DNA from: Camelus dromedarius
Taxonomy: Eukaryota
Reading direction: 5' to 3'
Assembly (NCBI RefSeq): GCF_036321535.1
Contig: NC_087436.1
Location: 70,372,001-70,436,000, forward strand
DNA: 64,000 nt
The position numbers and the translations under genes were made by a program. The notes beneath the pieces were generated by a model that was not told the origin of the DNA, did not search any database, and saw only the letters and a list, made by a program, of their open reading frames with translations. Positions 60,782-64,000 of this stretch are shown in pieces (position 1 is the stretch's first letter; the number at the start of each line of letters is the position of its first letter).

Positions 60782-63700
60782 GTGAGCGCCCGGCCGGGGC
60801 AGGGGAGAGAGGGTCGGCCGACTCTCCTGCCTCCCGGCGGCGGCGGCGGTGGCAGCGGCGGCGGGGCCGAGGCCGGTCCCGGCGTTGGGGGGTGGGGGTG
60901 GGGGGGCGGCGGCCTCGGCGCGCCCGGAAGGGAGAGAGGTCAGCTGCCGGCCGGGCATCCCCGGGGCTGAGTGCCGGCGAAGTGTGGAGGCTGATGCCGC
61001 GGAAAAGTACTTCTTTTTCCTTCTTAACGTTTAAAGGAGTTTGGGTGGCGGTGTTTCTCTCCCGCTGTAAAGCCCCCTGCGCGTAACCCGGCGTTACTGC
61101 CCCGACTGTGCGGCCACTGTGCCCGCGGGCTGGGCTCCGGCGCAGTGACACGTGTGTTCCTGTGAGCCCGGTTGGCCCTAGTGTGGCTGGGCACCTGCTT
61201 GAGGGGAAAACGTTCCCAAAACCACTGGCGGGGGAGGCGGGGGAGTCGGGGGACTTTTGGTGCCACCGAGGCCGCGGCCCCCACGTCACGGCCAGCCCTG
61301 AGACGGAGCAGTCACATCTCTCCCTGGCACGCCGAAGGCGGGGGTGAGTCAGGCAGATTCTCTGCAAGCGGCACACACAGTTATTTGAAATGGACTTGGA
61401 AAGGGGAGGAGGAGGGTAGACTGGGGTTTCTCTTGGCCGGCGACCGTGGAGCCTTCCTCAGGTACTGGGCAGCATGTGCGTCCTGGCAAGAAGAGGTGAT
61501 TTCTTTTTTCTTAAGTGCATTTTACCCAGCCTTTGCCAGTCCGTTAATAAGAATGACCAAAGGAAGGCAGGAGTTGGGAACCACATCAGCAAACTGCAGC
61601 AAGCGCCACAAGGAGGGAGAAAAGTTATTAAAGAAGAAAAGCACAAACAACAGTACAAAACCCCTGAACTTGACATGAAAGATGGAGAAGGAAGCCGTTC
61701 TACCTCTGTTCTAACATCGTAGAGCATTTTTCAAAAACATTTGCTTGTAAAACTTCTGTTTTTTCCATCCCTCCTTCCTTCTCAAGGCCTTACCTTCTCA
61801 GCATAATTGCCCGCAGGAAGGTCTTTCCAGGCTTGACCGTGAAGAGCAGTTAACCACTTTGGTTTACCCTCCTCATTCCTTTTCCTATTTCACTCCAGTG
61901 CTGGACCAAGTTGGTCCTAATTGGAAATCACGAACACTGGACTGTGCCAAACACACGTTGTCTCAAATCCTGGAACAACTCTTTTCCTAAGAGACACTGT
62001 GTTGTACCATATTTCCTTTTTTTTTGCTTGTACCTGGGACTTGGAATTAGAGTATTACCTGAATTAAGTTAATGTGTCCATTGCTTGTTGGGGCTTACGT
62101 TTTCATTTTGATTTGAATGAGTTCTTTAAAGCAGTTAGAGCACTATTCAGTAGCTTTTGATGGCCAATGTGATGTCTTTCGAAAAGGTTTCTGACTTGAA
62201 AACTCTCCTCCTTGTGCCTGTCACATTAGCATTTAAATAATTTTCATGGTCATTACGGCACTAAGATTGAAGTTGTTAGTGTAACTGCAATCAAAGAAGC
62301 ATGTCTGCTTCTTTTTGTGTAGCTTTAACAACTGAGAAAAACTTTTACTTTCATTTTAAAGTTAAATGTAGTGATAAGATTCTGTTTTCTGTATACCACA
62401 TCTTGAAATTGAGTGGATTTAACCTCATCCCAGAGTCTCTGGTAAGATGACAAGAAACTCCCACATGTGTGAATAGAGAGAGGAAAGCCATACTCTTAGG
62501 AGCTGTTGAGGGCATTGATCAGGGTGGGGGTGGGAGGGGTAAATGGGATATTTTGATGGTTCCAGGCATGTCTACCTTTGAGAAAACAGAAAACTAAGGG
62601 ACCTGCAACATTTTGTATGAAGGCGTTTACAAAATGAGGTTTTCAGTATCATTTAATGTTTCGGGGTCACTGTGGAGCCTTACTAATGTATACAAGGCAC
62701 CCCAGCCAATGAGATTGCCAGAATGTACTCTCACTTTATAATGATGTATCTTTTTTAGTTCATTTTGTTAACAAAAAATGACTTTAAATGTTTGAATGTT
62801 AGTGTTATTATTTTAGTCTTTTAAATGATTAGAATGCGTTTTGGGTTTACGACAAAGTGTGAAAGGAATCTTATGTGGAGGAAAAATGTGATAGGAATTG
62901 GGTCGCCTTCGGAACAACTTCCAGCATGCTCTGGTGGTAATTTCATTTTTCACTGAGCTCAGGCAAGTACAGTTTTGAGGTTCTGATCTCTTCTTCTGGC
63001 CATAGCCTGTATCTTAAAGAAAAACACAGCACTGAAGGAAAGGAAGTACACATTAGCTGGTGAATCATGTAGATAATCAGGTTTCTCTGCCCGCCTCTGA
63101 GGGCGCTGCAGTCCACGAGGACTACCATTGTCAGGGGACAGAGTCCTGTGAGAATTCCCCGCTACTTAAGTGTGGCTGTACACATCACCTGCATGTTTCT
63201 TGGAGCCTTTTTTGTGTTCATTTTTAATAATGGGAATGAAATCCAAGACTGGAGTTGATAGATACAAAGACTGGTTGTGGAAAGAGCAAACTGAGAGGAG
63301 AAAAATCTAATGATGTTGAAAGTTTCTAAGTAGTTTTTTCTTGCTAAATGAAAAGGATCAGGGTACGTGATTTGATGGAACAAAGGAAGCTATAAGCAGA
63401 GCACATCTCTCAGTTCCCGCTATTGACACAGTTTCTAAGGCCAACCTATGATTTATGAAATTTCTCTACTGTGGGGGAGCTATTTAGCAAAATACATAGT
63501 TTAGGAACATCCAGGAAGTTAATAAGACTTCACAAAACTAGATCTTGCTACTTTCAGGATTTTTTTGCGTAATGCAGAAATTTTATGGAGGGGAAGAATA
63601 ATGTTTCTTTCATACCAGGTCAGGGCTACGTTGTATTCCACATACATTTTGCCTTTCTCCCAGTAGCTAAGCATTTGATGTGTTTATGTCACAAATAGAG

Positions 63701-64000
63701 AATAAGCTGCTGTCCTTCTAACATGAAGATGATATTTTGTATCCCCTGTGGTGTACACCATTAGTTGTTTTTCCAGTAGTGGAAATGAATTCTCCTAACC
63801 CATCCTTTTACCCAGTTCTTATGTCTGATGTACGTTTATACATGCACGTGCACACGTGTGCAAATACTACTCATTTGTCAAGGTGGCCGACTTTATTTTA
63901 TCTGAAGCCATATTTATGGCTGTCATAATGATTTTGTGGCCATGACTTTTATTGCATTTCTCTAGTCTCAGCAATGCAATGGCATTTCAAACGCGGCATC

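Larger units (their letters stand above)
59860..61460. promoter_or_regulatory. CpG island promoter
   Basis: Abrupt switch to very GC- and CpG-rich sequence with GGGCGG boxes (e.g. ~60055-60070), against CpG-depleted flanks. Confidence 0.95.

Noticed and set aside
59865..61376. Many long overlapping ORFs (up to 213 aa) in the CpG island, including a GS-linker-like 'GGGGSGGSEGGGGGSGSGSG' peptide
   Set aside because: Stop codons are scarce in GC-rich DNA. The ORFs occur in all frames, are low-complexity, and several run through the splice donor. The Gly/Ser run is simply the GGC repeat translated.
1..64000. CRISPR arrays, operons or prokaryotic defence systems
   Set aside because: The sequence is mammalian; I see no repeat-spacer arrays or gene-dense segments.

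Overview
Mammalian, repeat-rich, apparently non-coding DNA, most likely from a camelid (Camelus or Vicugna). That inference rests on two tRNA-Ala-derived Vic-1-type SINEs and on the apparent absence of Alu, B1, Bov-tA, PRE-1 and Can-SINE. Positions 1 to ~59.8 kb hold no credible protein-coding exon; the ORFs with recognisable homology are transposon remnants. Repeats include L1 of several ages, L2, L3/CR1, MIR, MLT1, MER21- and MER41-like LTRs, and hAT DNA transposons. The window ends in a CpG island (~59.9-61.5 kb) containing an ATG-less, GGC-repeat-containing first exon of a + strand gene (donor at 60781/60782), followed by intron 1; I cannot identify the gene. The most noteworthy items are: (1) a decayed PNMA/Gypsy-like gag with a candidate LTR (2.3-5.55 kb, minus strand); (2) an AmnSINE1 Deu-domain relic hit by a young L1; (3) a nested L2 > Charlie > MER53-like + L1 locus retaining transposase ends; (4) a strong minus-strand bias of L1/LTR insertions; (5) a PBX-HOX/MEIS/TEAD motif cluster and a promoter-proximal CTCF site. 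I see no convincing evidence of a new biological system. Repeat family names come from recalled consensus sequences, boundaries are approximate, and all need RepeatMasker/Dfam confirmation.
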